From the NCBI GenBank assembly GCA_964350945.1, contig CAYGLF010000008.1:1702-65701 (forward strand): a stretch of DNA of 64,000 nt. Reading direction: 5' to 3'. Source of the stretch: an uncultured bacterium (GTDB lineage: Bacteria; Chlamydiota; Chlamydiia; Chlamydiales; JAAZZY01). The translations under genes were made by a program, and so were the position numbers. This document shows positions 48,611 to 57,768 of the stretch, piece after piece. The notes under the pieces are model-generated. The model was not told the DNA's origin. It did not search any database and saw nothing but the letters and a program-made list of their open reading frames with translations. The number at the start of each line of letters is the position of its first letter. The stretch's first letter is position 1.

Positions 48611-49228
48611 ATGTCACGTTACAGAGGACCTAAAAATAGAATCGCTCGCCGCTTTGGCGCTAATATATTTGGCAGAATTCGCAACCCATTAATTCACAAG
48701 TCAAACCCTCCTGGTGTTCATGGAGCTCGTAGACGTAAAAAATCAGACTATGGACTTCAGCTTGATGAAAAACAAAAATTAAAAGCTGTCTACGGAATGA
48801 TCTCAGAGCGCCAACTAGTAGGTTATTACCAAAAGGCTACCCGCAAGGGTCACACAGCAGGAAATCTTATTTCCTTTTTAGAATGTAGACTTGATAACAT
48901 GGTCTATCGAATGAAATTAGCTCCAACTATTTTTGCAGCACAGCAGCTTGTCTCACACGGCCATATTTTGGTGAATGGGAAAAAAGTGGATCGTCGTTCA
49001 TTCCAGGTTGCTCCAGGTATGAAGGTTTCTATCAAAGAAAAAGCTTCTAAAATCCCAGCTGTTCAAAGCTCTTTAATAGATTCTAGCCGCACACTACCCG
49101 AATATGTTAGCTTTGATCCAAAAACACTCGAAGGTGAACTTTTAAGTAACCCTGAGATCGATCAGATTAGCTTCCCGCTAACAATTAATATTCCCGTGAT
49201 TTGTGACTTCTTAGCTCACACAACATAA
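48611..49228 (+). CDS. rpsD: 30S ribosomal protein S4
   Basis: MSRYRGP, SDYGLQL.EKQK and [10 protein letters not shown]...QLVSHGHI. Confidence 0.97.
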   Translation: MSRYRGPKNRIARRFGANIFGRIRNPLIHKSNPPGVHGARRRKKSDYGLQLDEKQKLKAVYGMISERQLVGYYQKATRKGHTAGNLISFLECRLDNMVYRMKLAPTIFAAQQLVSHGHILVNGKKVDRRSFQVAPGMKVSIKEKASKIPAVQSSLIDSSRTLPEYVSFDPKTLEGELLSNPEIDQISFPLTINIPVICDFLAHTT

Positions 49229-49236
49229 CACAATAT

Positions 49237-49273
49237 ATAGAACTCTTTTTTTTAATTAAAAAACGAGTTCTAT
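49237..49273 (+). terminator. Inverted repeat / possible terminator after rpsD
   Basis: ATAGAACTC-TTTTTTTT...AAAAAA-C-GAGTTCTAT. Confidence 0.45.
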
Positions 49274-49328
49274 TTAATGATTAGAGTTATTATATTCTCT
49301 CTCCATATAATCGATTTCAACTAATTTA

Positions 49329-50489
49329 ATGGAGGTTTACATGTCATCTATTTATTCACAACTCCCGTCTTTTCCTAGCGAGCGTTTTCAACAGTTAAGC
49401 AACACTCTTTCAAACTATTCTGATCAGGCGAAGCAAAGCGCTATAGAAGCCAAAAGACAGTTAAGCAACACCCTTTCAAACTATTCTGATCAGGCGAAAC
49501 AAAGCGCTATAAAAGCTAAAAGCCTGATCTATTCAGCGAGTCAACGCCTCGAGAAAGCATCATCTACTGAATTCACAATCACCACTGTAACAGCTGCAGT
49601 GACAGCTTTTACCCTAACCACATTTTTCATGTTTCTGACATCTAGAGAAGCTCTTTCAAAACCTGCAGAGGCAGCCGCATCACCCGACTTGCAACCAACA
49701 GCTTTTCCTTGCCCTTCACAACCTCTGTCTAATGGGACTGACTCACCATTTTTCAACACAACCTTTACTCCAATTAGGCAGCCTGTAGCTACTCCTGCAC
49801 CGGCTAAAGTAGTTCCTGCAGCACAGCCTACCACTGCCCCAACACTTTCTAGAAAAGTTCCTACAACTCCCCCAACAATAGATCAAAGAGTTCCGGCACC
49901 ACCACCTGCGATCACCCCATCCTTTTTAGGAAACTCGAGTACAACAAATCGTTCAGTAGAAACAACTACTCCTATTGAAGATCAAAAAATTGCTATTTGT
50001 CAAAACATTCCTAGCAAGCTTTTAGCATATGATGGACAGGGGGGAGAGTTTCTTCAGAAGATGGATGCTACCCATATTTTACAAAAGGTAGTTCCTATTT
50101 GTGAAGATATAATGGAAAGAACGGAACCAGTAACCATTCGAAAAGACGACCTTCAAAGAGAAAAAGGTTTTAATAATCGCGTATACCTTGCTTTACACCT
50201 GCTTACCCATGGCAGCATTGAGGTTGCCTGTCCTGCCCTTAAAAAAATCTTTGACACTCAAGTTTATGATCAAGTAGAGAAAAAAACATATTCAATGAGT
50301 CAGTTATTTAAATCTATTTCAGGAAGAACCACTCGTGGAAAGATTTCCTCTGAAAGCAAAATGAGCCAAATTATTGCAAATATTTACAACAGCGCTCTTC
50401 ATCATTGCCCTGAAAAGTACCAACTAGAAGAAAAGGCTGAACCTTTTTTTAGCACAACTTTAGCGACACTTACTGCCAAATTTTTCTAA
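49329..50489 (+). CDS. Hypothetical membrane protein with 22-aa tandem repeat and Pro/Thr-rich stalk (candidate effector)
   Basis: Duplicated QLSNTLSNYSDQAKQSAI(E/K)AK, a hydrophobic segment FTITTVTAAVTAFTLTTFFMFL and a P/T-rich region. The true start may be ATG 49341, which follows GGAGG. Confidence 0.72.
   Translation: MEVYMSSIYSQLPSFPSERFQQLSNTLSNYSDQAKQSAIEAKRQLSNTLSNYSDQAKQSAIKAKSLIYSASQRLEKASSTEFTITTVTAAVTAFTLTTFFMFLTSREALSKPAEAAASPDLQPTAFPCPSQPLSNGTDSPFFNTTFTPIRQPVATPAPAKVVPAAQPTTAPTLSRKVPTTPPTIDQRVPAPPPAITPSFLGNSSTTNRSVETTTPIEDQKIAICQNIPSKLLAYDGQGGEFLQKMDATHILQKVVPICEDIMERTEPVTIRKDDLQREKGFNNRVYLALHLLTHGSIEVACPALKKIFDTQVYDQVEKKTYSMSQLFKSISGRTTRGKISSESKMSQIIANIYNSALHHCPEKYQLEEKAEPFFSTTLATLTAKFF
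49391..49522 (+). repeat. 66-bp tandem duplication (2 copies, 4 mismatches)
   Basis: ACAGTTAAGCAACAC...AAAAG at 49391-49456 and again at 49457-49522. Confidence 0.95.
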
Positions 50490-52102
50490 ACAGAGTCTGG
50501 TTTATCTTCAATCTCGACAAATGGGATATAAGAAAATAAAGAAAGAACTTCTTTTACCTTAAAAAATTTAGCCATCATAAATAGAAAGCCTAGAAATATT
50601 AGGCTTTCTGTGGCAAAAATACTGACTTGTTCACCCAAGCCCCGAGGAAAATAAAGTAAAAGGTTACTTGCAACCCATGGATTCATAACGACTGAGAATA
50701 GGTAGGCTAATAATGCGCTCGCTCCAGTAATTAAAAAAATGGGGGTTATTGATTTAAAAAAAGTTCCTAGCCGGCTGAGTGGAAGGCTTTTATTAAGATA
50801 GTAAAATAAGATGAAAAGCTGAACCCAAGCACAAAGAGCAGTTGCCAAAGCGACTGAATAACTCGGCAGCTTTAAGATAAAAGCAAAGAAGCAGTTTAGC
50901 AAAATATTAAGCATCATCGCAATAACAGAAGCTCGCGTGGGCTTTTGATATTGATTTTGCACATAAAAAGCGGGCGCTAATACTAAAATCAGTCCTTGAG
51001 GGATCAACCCTAGTGAGTAACCCCATAAAGCATAGGTCGTATGGTGGGCAGAAAACAAATCAAACATTCCCCTTCCATAAAATAAATTAACACACGTAGG
51101 CCCTATCCATATCAGAGCAATAGTACAGGGGATAAGCACCCCCATCGCCTGAGAAAATGAATAGTCTAAAAGGCTAATAAATTCCTCATTGTCTTCTCTA
51201 AAAGCTCTAAATAGCGGTGGTAAAATAGCCCCTGCCATTGCCACACCAAAAAGAGCTAAGGGGACTTGTTCAATTCGAATGGCGTACCATAAATACGCTG
51301 GCCCCTCTAAAGCAATGGAGCGCGCAAAAACACCATCTAGAGCACTGTTAATCTGTGTGGTAGAAACCCCTATAATTCCAAGGCCAAAGGGCTTGGCAAT
51401 GTTTTTAAAACTTCTATTTATGCTTTGGATGCTCCACCTTCGTGTCTTGGGTAGATTCGCTCGTAGATAAAGCAAAGCTTTAGGCAGTAAGGCAACCCAC
51501 TGGGCTAAAAGCCCTAGAGCCATCCACAAGGATAAATAGATAACGGCCTTATTCGGAGGTGTTTTGATATGTAGCAACACTCCAAAAATCCACAAACAAT
51601 TAAAAATAAAGGACGAGGCTGCTGGAACAAAATACTGTCCAAGGCACTGCATTAGCGAGCTTGCAAAGGCAGTATTACAAACAAAAAATAGAGTAGGGAA
51701 TAAGATCATACTCAGTACCAGAATCTGAGTGTTATTCTCATCTAGATTTAGAATGGAAAGACACCCACCGAGAGTAAATTCGGCGACCCCAATAATAAAC
51801 AGCAGACTAATTCCGATTAAAAGAGAGAGATCTTTAAAAAATAGAGCTGCCTTTTCCTCTGACTCCTCTCTGATTTTTTCAAAAGAGGGTACAAAAGCTG
51901 CATGCAAAGCCCCCTCCCCAAAGAGGCGACGAAGCAGGCTGGAGAATCTAAATGCCAGCATAAGAGCTGCGATTTGAGGGCTCGACCCAAAGGTATAAGC
52001 CATGACAATATCTCGAACAAACCCAGATGCACGACTCAAAAGGGTTCCTGAAAATGAACTCCTTGCTGATTCATTAATAATTTTTTCTTTGGCAAAGTTC
52101 AT
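50486..52102 (-). CDS. murJ: Lipid II flippase MurJ
   Basis: SRASGFVRD, LRRLFGEGAL..AFVP and YA.R..Q.PLALFG. Confidence 0.93.
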   Translation of the reverse strand: MNFAKEKIINESARSSFSGTLLSRASGFVRDIVMAYTFGSSPQIAALMLAFRFSSLLRRLFGEGALHAAFVPSFEKIREESEEKAALFFKDLSLLIGISLLFIIGVAEFTLGGCLSILNLDENNTQILVLSMILFPTLFFVCNTAFASSLMQCLGQYFVPAASSFIFNCLWIFGVLLHIKTPPNKAVIYLSLWMALGLLAQWVALLPKALLYLRANLPKTRRWSIQSINRSFKNIAKPFGLGIIGVSTTQINSALDGVFARSIALEGPAYLWYAIRIEQVPLALFGVAMAGAILPPLFRAFREDNEEFISLLDYSFSQAMGVLIPCTIALIWIGPTCVNLFYGRGMFDLFSAHHTTYALWGYSLGLIPQGLILVLAPAFYVQNQYQKPTRASVIAMMLNILLNCFFAFILKLPSYSVALATALCAWVQLFILFYYLNKSLPLSRLGTFFKSITPIFLITGASALLAYLFSVVMNPWVASNLLLYFPRGLGEQVSIFATESLIFLGFLFMMAKFFKVKEVLSLFSYIPFVEIEDKPDSV

Positions 52103-52219
52103 TTAACGTTAATATGATAAGAGTGAGTACTGGAACAATAAACGATAAATTTAAATTATTGTCAACATTTCAAATGATTGGTAACCTATATATTTTCTTT
52201 TTCTAATAAAGATTTTAAT

Positions 52220-53068
52220 ATGGAACAATTAATTGGGGCCCACACCTCTGCATCGGGCGGCGTTTTTAATGCTATTTACAATGGCATGGAAATTGGAGCG
52301 ACTACCATTCAGTTATTTACAAGTAACCAAAAGCAATGGAGGGGCCGTAAATATGATGAAGATGAGTTGGAAAAATGGTTTGAAGCACTCGCCCAATCTA
52401 AAATTGAAAAAATAATGAGTCACGACAGCTACTTGATTAACTTGGGTTGTCCTAATGAAGAGAACCTTCTCAAAAGCCGCAAGGCCTTTGCTGAGGAAAT
52501 TGAGCGCTGTAATCAGCTAAAACTCTCTTATTTAAACTTCCATCCAGGAGCAGCCCTTAAGGAAAGTGTAGAACAGTGTTTGGAGCTGATTGTAGAAAGT
52601 CTCAAACAAGTATCCCCTCTTTTACAAAATTCAGACCTACGACTTTTAATTGAAGCGACCGCAGGGCAGGGCTCTACTGTTGGGCATACATTTGAACAAC
52701 TAGGTTACTTAGTTCACCAAACTAAAGAAAGTGTTCCAATCGGCGTTTGTATTGATACCTGTCATATCTTTACAGCTGGCTATGATATACGTAATATGTC
52801 TGCCTGGGAAAAAACGCTAGATGACTTTGACAAGCATGTGGGCCTTGAGCACCTCTATGCTTTGCATGTCAATGACTCTAAGTTCCCACTAGGATCACGA
52901 AAAGATCGCCATGCCCCCATAGGGGAGGGAGATATCGGCATCGAGGGATTTGAGGCTATGATGCAACACCCTGCCTTGGCCAAGCTCCCCAAATACTTAG
53001 AAACTCCCGGAGGAATGCCTGCTTGGGAAGAAGAAATTAAACTGTTAAATAGCTTTGCAAAACACTAA
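52220..53068 (+). CDS. nfo: Endonuclease IV
   Basis: GAHTSASGG, HDSYLINL, FHPG, DTCH, HVNDSK, DRH and LETP. Confidence 0.96.
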   Translation: MEQLIGAHTSASGGVFNAIYNGMEIGATTIQLFTSNQKQWRGRKYDEDELEKWFEALAQSKIEKIMSHDSYLINLGCPNEENLLKSRKAFAEEIERCNQLKLSYLNFHPGAALKESVEQCLELIVESLKQVSPLLQNSDLRLLIEATAGQGSTVGHTFEQLGYLVHQTKESVPIGVCIDTCHIFTAGYDIRNMSAWEKTLDDFDKHVGLEHLYALHVNDSKFPLGSRKDRHAPIGEGDIGIEGFEAMMQHPALAKLPKYLETPGGMPAWEEEIKLLNSFAKH

Positions 53069-53083
53069 AATTAGGATTTTTGA

Positions 53084-54451
53084 ATGAAAACTAGGGTAAA
53101 ACACCTTCTGCAGAAAAACTCCCCATATACTCTTGGCTCTTTGGTCACCCTACACGGTTGGGTGCGAACTCTTAGAGATCAAAAAAAATTCGCTTTTATA
53201 GAAATCAACGACGGTTCTTGCTTAAAAGGAATCCAGGTGATCGCAAATGCTGATTTAGCCAATTTTCAAGAAGTGGTTGAAAAGGTCTCCACGGGAGCTG
53301 CTCTAAAAATTGAAGGTAAATTAGTCGAAAGCCCTGGAAAAGGACAAAGTGTTGAAATCCACGCTGAAAAAATTGAAATCATCGGCCTGAGTGATGAGAG
53401 CTACCCGCTACAAAAAAAGCGACACTCTTTTGAATTTTTAAGAACAATTGCCCACTTACGTCCTAGAACTAACACCCTAGGCGCCATCGCACGCATCCGC
53501 AACGCTCTTTTTTTTGCCTCACATAGATTTTTCCAAGAAAGAGGTTTTATCTCTGTTCAAACCCCTATTATCACTACTTCGGACTGTGAAGGAGCTGGTG
53601 AGATGTTCCAGGTAACCACCTTAAAACCGGGGCAAGATCCGAAAGAAGATTTCTTTTCAAAACCTGCTTTCTTAACCGTTTCAGGACAGTTGAATGCTGA
53701 GGCATATGCTCTTTCTCACACCGATGTCTACACTTTTGGCCCTACCTTCCGTGCTGAAAATTCCAACACTTCACGCCATCTTGCAGAATTTTGGATGTTA
53801 GAGCCCGAAATGGCATTTGCAGATTTAAAAGACGCCTATACCCTCGCCCAAGACTATTTAAAATATGTCTTAAAAGACCTTTTAGAAAACCACATAGAAG
53901 ATTTAAACCTCTTTAATCAATTTGTTTCTAAAGGGCTGATTGAAAAGCTTGAATCAGTGGTCACCAGTCCTTTTGAGGTCATCAGCTACACAAAAGCGGT
54001 TGAGATTTTAGAAAAAGCAACTAAAAAATTTGAATTTCCAATAAAGTGGGGCGTCGATTTGCAATCAGAACATGAACGCTACATCACTGAAGAATATTTA
54101 AAACAGCCTGTGGTGGTAACTGATTACCCGAAAGATATTAAAGCTTTTTACATGCGTAATAACGAAGATGGGAAAACATGTGCTGCCATGGATGTTTTGT
54201 GCCCTGGGATCGGAGAAATTATGGGAGGGGCTCAAAGGGAGGAACGCCTTGACGTTTTGACTCAAAAAATCAAATCGATGGGCTTAAATCTTGATGACTA
54301 CCAGTGGTATTTTGATCTACGACGATTTGGAGGAACTCCTCATGCGGGTTTTGGCCTTGGATTTGAGCGTTTGATTCAATATGCTACTGGCATGGAAAAT
54401 ATTCGCGATGTGATCCCCTTCCCAAGGGCTCCTAAACACGCAGACTTCTAA
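53084..54451 (+). CDS. asnS: Asparagine--tRNA ligase
   Basis: LTVSGQL, FGPTFRAENSNTSRHLAEFWM, DLQSEHERY and PHAGFGLGFER. Confidence 0.96.
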   Translation: MKTRVKHLLQKNSPYTLGSLVTLHGWVRTLRDQKKFAFIEINDGSCLKGIQVIANADLANFQEVVEKVSTGAALKIEGKLVESPGKGQSVEIHAEKIEIIGLSDESYPLQKKRHSFEFLRTIAHLRPRTNTLGAIARIRNALFFASHRFFQERGFISVQTPIITTSDCEGAGEMFQVTTLKPGQDPKEDFFSKPAFLTVSGQLNAEAYALSHTDVYTFGPTFRAENSNTSRHLAEFWMLEPEMAFADLKDAYTLAQDYLKYVLKDLLENHIEDLNLFNQFVSKGLIEKLESVVTSPFEVISYTKAVEILEKATKKFEFPIKWGVDLQSEHERYITEEYLKQPVVVTDYPKDIKAFYMRNNEDGKTCAAMDVLCPGIGEIMGGAQREERLDVLTQKIKSMGLNLDDYQWYFDLRRFGGTPHAGFGLGFERLIQYATGMENIRDVIPFPRAPKHADF

Positions 54452-54508
54452 AAAAATGGCATCTAAATTAACTTGATTCTTACATCATAATTAAACTAAA
54501 ATTATCTA

Positions 54509-55822
54509 ATGATTTGGAACTTATATTTAAAACTAAAAAGTTTAAGCTCGTTTACGCTACCTAGCTTTTGCCTACAAGCTGGCATCGTTTTGGTATCTAT
54601 ATCCATTTCAAGTTTATTTTATCACTTCACAACAAATAAACTAAAAGTTTTACAAGATAAAAATAACTTTAAGTCAACAATACTGACAACCAAAACATGT
54701 TACTTATTTTCACTGCTACTGTCAGTAAGCGTCCTTGTCCCAGCTTATATAATCTATGCAAATGACTCCATACCAGTAATTTTTTTAGCAACCATTCTGA
54801 TACTTACTATTTTCATTATGAGAGTTATTAATTCTATTTTTAATAAGCCAGTTGCTCATTATCTAAGTGCTTCCATAACTCTTCTTTTCCTCCTAGCTTT
54901 GTCAGGATTTTACAAACCAATTTTTCAAACACTTTCACAAACTAATTTGGAAATCGGGGTCATTAAAACCTCTCTACTAAAATTAATTGAATCTGTTGCA
55001 CTCATTGTCATTCTGGCATGGGGCGTTAGATTTATTTCAAAAAAAGTAGACCACAAGCTAGATCAAAATAAACACCTCAACAAATCAACAACTCTCTTAC
55101 TTTCTAAGCTAAACAAAGCTGTTTTGATAGTAGTTTCAGGTTTTTTTGGAATATCAATTACAGGGATAGACCTCTCTATTTTTACCTTCTTTGCCGGAGC
55201 ACTAGGGGTTGGAATCGCATTTGGCCTGAAAAACATTACTTCTAACTTATTTAGTGGGGTTGTTCTACTCATTGACAGGTCTGTTAAATTAGGGGATGTC
55301 ATTGCGATCAAAGATGAAGGAGCTTATGGAGTTGTACATAAACTAAGCGCTAGATTTGTTTCTGTAAGAACTCGAGAGGGAATTGAGCACCTTATACCCA
55401 ACGAAAAGCTCATCGATTTAAAAATAGAAAACTGGACTCACAGCGACCCTTTGATCAGAGTTGGTATTGATTTTCATGTTGGTTTAAACACAGATATAAA
55501 TTTTTTAGAGCAGATTTTATTGCAGATTGCTGGAACCACACAAAGAGTCCTTAAAGAGCCTGCCCCAAGCATCAGAGTCACTGATATTAACACAAATTGC
55601 ATTGAAGCTCAGCTAAGGGTTTGGATATCTGATCCTGAAAAGGGTAAAAGCTCAATAAAGAGTGACATTTACCGACAGGCTCTCATAGCTTTTAAGAAAG
55701 GTAATATTGAAATCCCTCTTCCCCCTCTTGAGCTCTACTTCAACCGAGATTTAAATGAAAACAAACTCTCTCAAAAAATCTCACAGCAAAAAATCTCACA
55801 GATTGAAGACTTAAAACTCTAA
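54509..55822 (+). CDS. Small-conductance mechanosensitive channel (MscS family)
   Basis: GALGVGIAFGL..ITSNLFSG..LLIDRSVKLGD, IPNE and ENWTHSD. Confidence 0.9.
   Translation: MIWNLYLKLKSLSSFTLPSFCLQAGIVLVSISISSLFYHFTTNKLKVLQDKNNFKSTILTTKTCYLFSLLLSVSVLVPAYIIYANDSIPVIFLATILILTIFIMRVINSIFNKPVAHYLSASITLLFLLALSGFYKPIFQTLSQTNLEIGVIKTSLLKLIESVALIVILAWGVRFISKKVDHKLDQNKHLNKSTTLLLSKLNKAVLIVVSGFFGISITGIDLSIFTFFAGALGVGIAFGLKNITSNLFSGVVLLIDRSVKLGDVIAIKDEGAYGVVHKLSARFVSVRTREGIEHLIPNEKLIDLKIENWTHSDPLIRVGIDFHVGLNTDINFLEQILLQIAGTTQRVLKEPAPSIRVTDINTNCIEAQLRVWISDPEKGKSSIKSDIYRQALIAFKKGNIEIPLPPLELYFNRDLNENKLSQKISQQKISQIEDLKL
55772..55801 (+). repeat. 15-bp perfect tandem duplication in the MscS tail
   Basis: CAAAAAATCTCACAG twice, encoding QKISQ-QKISQ. 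Confidence 0.85.
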
Positions 55823-55848
55823 ACAACGCCCCTTAAAAAAATTTCTTA

Positions 55849-57768
55849 TCAGAGAAACGTCAGCTGTTGCTTTTTGCTCGTAGAGACCTTGCGAACTTCC
55901 TTATTGGCAATGCGTTTTCCTTTAGCTGCCACCCCTTTAACTAAAACATCTTCAAATGAAAATTCCATTTGCTTTTGTTTGAGTTTGGGTTTAGCTGCAA
56001 AGTAGATATTCACAATGGGATTTTCATGATCAGTAAGAAGGTCTATAATAGAGCCTTCTTCAGCATAATGATAAACTTTCCCAAGGATAAATTTTGAAAC
56101 TTTAAAGCGCTTTGCCAGTGCTATCTTAGTTTTTGGGTCACGATAAATGCATGACATCACTTTATCTTGACTCACCATCTGAGAGTAAATAAGTTTATTC
56201 CCTCGAAGGACATACTCTTTCTCAGGAGGAGCAATCACTTGATAGGTCCCATCATCAAAATAGAGGACCAAACGATCCAAGTTGGTACAGTCAAAAACCT
56301 CTTCGGCGCTCACTTTGGTCCCAACATATCCTGTCTCATAATCCACACAGATGCTGATGTCCTTTTCAACTGCTTTTTTACGATCAATTTCTTGCAAGGT
56401 CTCAATACTCGTCTTTCTAGGAAACAGATCGCCATATTTTTTTAATAGATTTTGAATGTAACCAATTGTATAGGTCGTCAAATTTTTCAGGTTTTTTTCC
56501 ACTTCCAAAACATTTTCCTGAAGCTCGATGATTTCCTTTTGCTGGCGGTCAATGTCAAACTTCGAGATTCTGCGAATCGCAATATTGAGCAGTCTCTCTC
56601 TATCTTCTTGATCAGGCGTTTTTTTCAGTTTAGGGTGAAAAGGCTTGAGCTGATCAGCGATTGCATCATGAATGGCAGGGTATGTTTTAAGATTCTCTAT
56701 TTTTTTATACATCCGATTTTCAATGAAAATCTGCTCAAGAGTCTTCTCGAAAATTTTTCTTAAGAGTTTTTTGTGGGAAATCTCCAATTCTCTTTTAAGA
56801 AAATCTGTTAAAGCACTGGTATGCAGCTTAAGGAGATCCTCGACATTAGTCTCCCAAGGCATTTGGTCTTTAATAACAAGTACTTGAGAATTAATAGAAA
56901 CTTGACACTGGGTAAAAGCATAGAGGGCGTCTAAAATATCAGCAGCATACTGCCCACGAGGCAATTTTATTTCGATCTCTACTTTGTCTGAAGTATAATC
57001 ATTAATAGATTCAATTTTAATACGATTTTTCTTAGCCGCTTCATCAATTGAGTTGATCATTGATTCGGTAGAAGTTCCTGGGCAGATTTCTCTGATCACA
57101 ATCGTTTTGGCATCCACAAGTTCAAGTTGTGCGCGCACTTTGATCTTTCCACGCCCTTTATCATACTCCGATACATCCATGCTACCCCCAGTTGCAAAAT
57201 CTGGGTACAACTCGAAAGGCTTTTTCTTTAAAATAGCAATCTGAGCTTCTAGAAGTTCTTTAAAATTATGAGGCAAAATTTTAGTAGCCATTCCCACAGC
57301 AATCCCCTCTGCACCTTGCATCAAAACTAGGGGGATTTTAGCAGGCAAACAAACAGGCTCTTGGTTTCTTCCATCGTAGGAAGGAATATACTCCGTAATA
57401 TCTTTATTATAGAGCGTCTCTTTAGCAAGAGACGAAAGCCTCGTCTCAATATATCTGGCAGCAGCAGCAGGATCTCCTGTAAAAAGATTGCCAAAATTTC
57501 CCTGCATATCTAAAAGATAGTTTTTATTCGCTAAGTTGATCAAAGCATCTGTAATTGGTCCATCTCCATGAGGGTGGAGCGCCATAGTTTGCCCTGCAAC
57601 ATTTGCGACTTTATGCATTTTACCATCATCCATAGTCATCAAGGTATGTAAAATACGTCGCTGAACAGGCTTAAGCCCATCAATGGCATGAGGGATCGCG
57701 CGATCTAAAATCACATACGAGGCGTACTTTAGGTAGTTGTCTTGCATCAAATGCTTTAAATCATCCAC
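55849..57768 (-). CDS. parC: DNA topoisomerase IV subunit A (chlamydial gyrA2 type)
   Basis: RAIP..IDGLKPVQRRIL, HPHGD and AAARYIE. Short C-terminus. Confidence 0.93.
   Translation of the reverse strand: MDDLKHLMQDNYLKYASYVILDRAIPHAIDGLKPVQRRILHTLMTMDDGKMHKVANVAGQTMALHPHGDGPITDALINLANKNYLLDMQGNFGNLFTGDPAAAARYIETRLSSLAKETLYNKDITEYIPSYDGRNQEPVCLPAKIPLVLMQGAEGIAVGMATKILPHNFKELLEAQIAILKKKPFELYPDFATGGSMDVSEYDKGRGKIKVRAQLELVDAKTIVIREICPGTSTESMINSIDEAAKKNRIKIESINDYTSDKVEIEIKLPRGQYAADILDALYAFTQCQVSINSQVLVIKDQMPWETNVEDLLKLHTSALTDFLKRELEISHKKLLRKIFEKTLEQIFIENRMYKKIENLKTYPAIHDAIADQLKPFHPKLKKTPDQEDRERLLNIAIRRISKFDIDRQQKEIIELQENVLEVEKNLKNLTTYTIGYIQNLLKKYGDLFPRKTSIETLQEIDRKKAVEKDISICVDYETGYVGTKVSAEEVFDCTNLDRLVLYFDDGTYQVIAPPEKEYVLRGNKLIYSQMVSQDKVMSCIYRDPKTKIALAKRFKVSKFILGKVYHYAEEGSIIDLLTDHENPIVNIYFAAKPKLKQKQMEFSFEDVLVKGVAAKGKRIANKEVRKVSTSKKQQLTFL

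Noticed and set aside
49391-49522. CRISPR-like repeat
   Set aside because: Two adjacent in-frame copies with no spacers and no cas genes make this a coding duplication.
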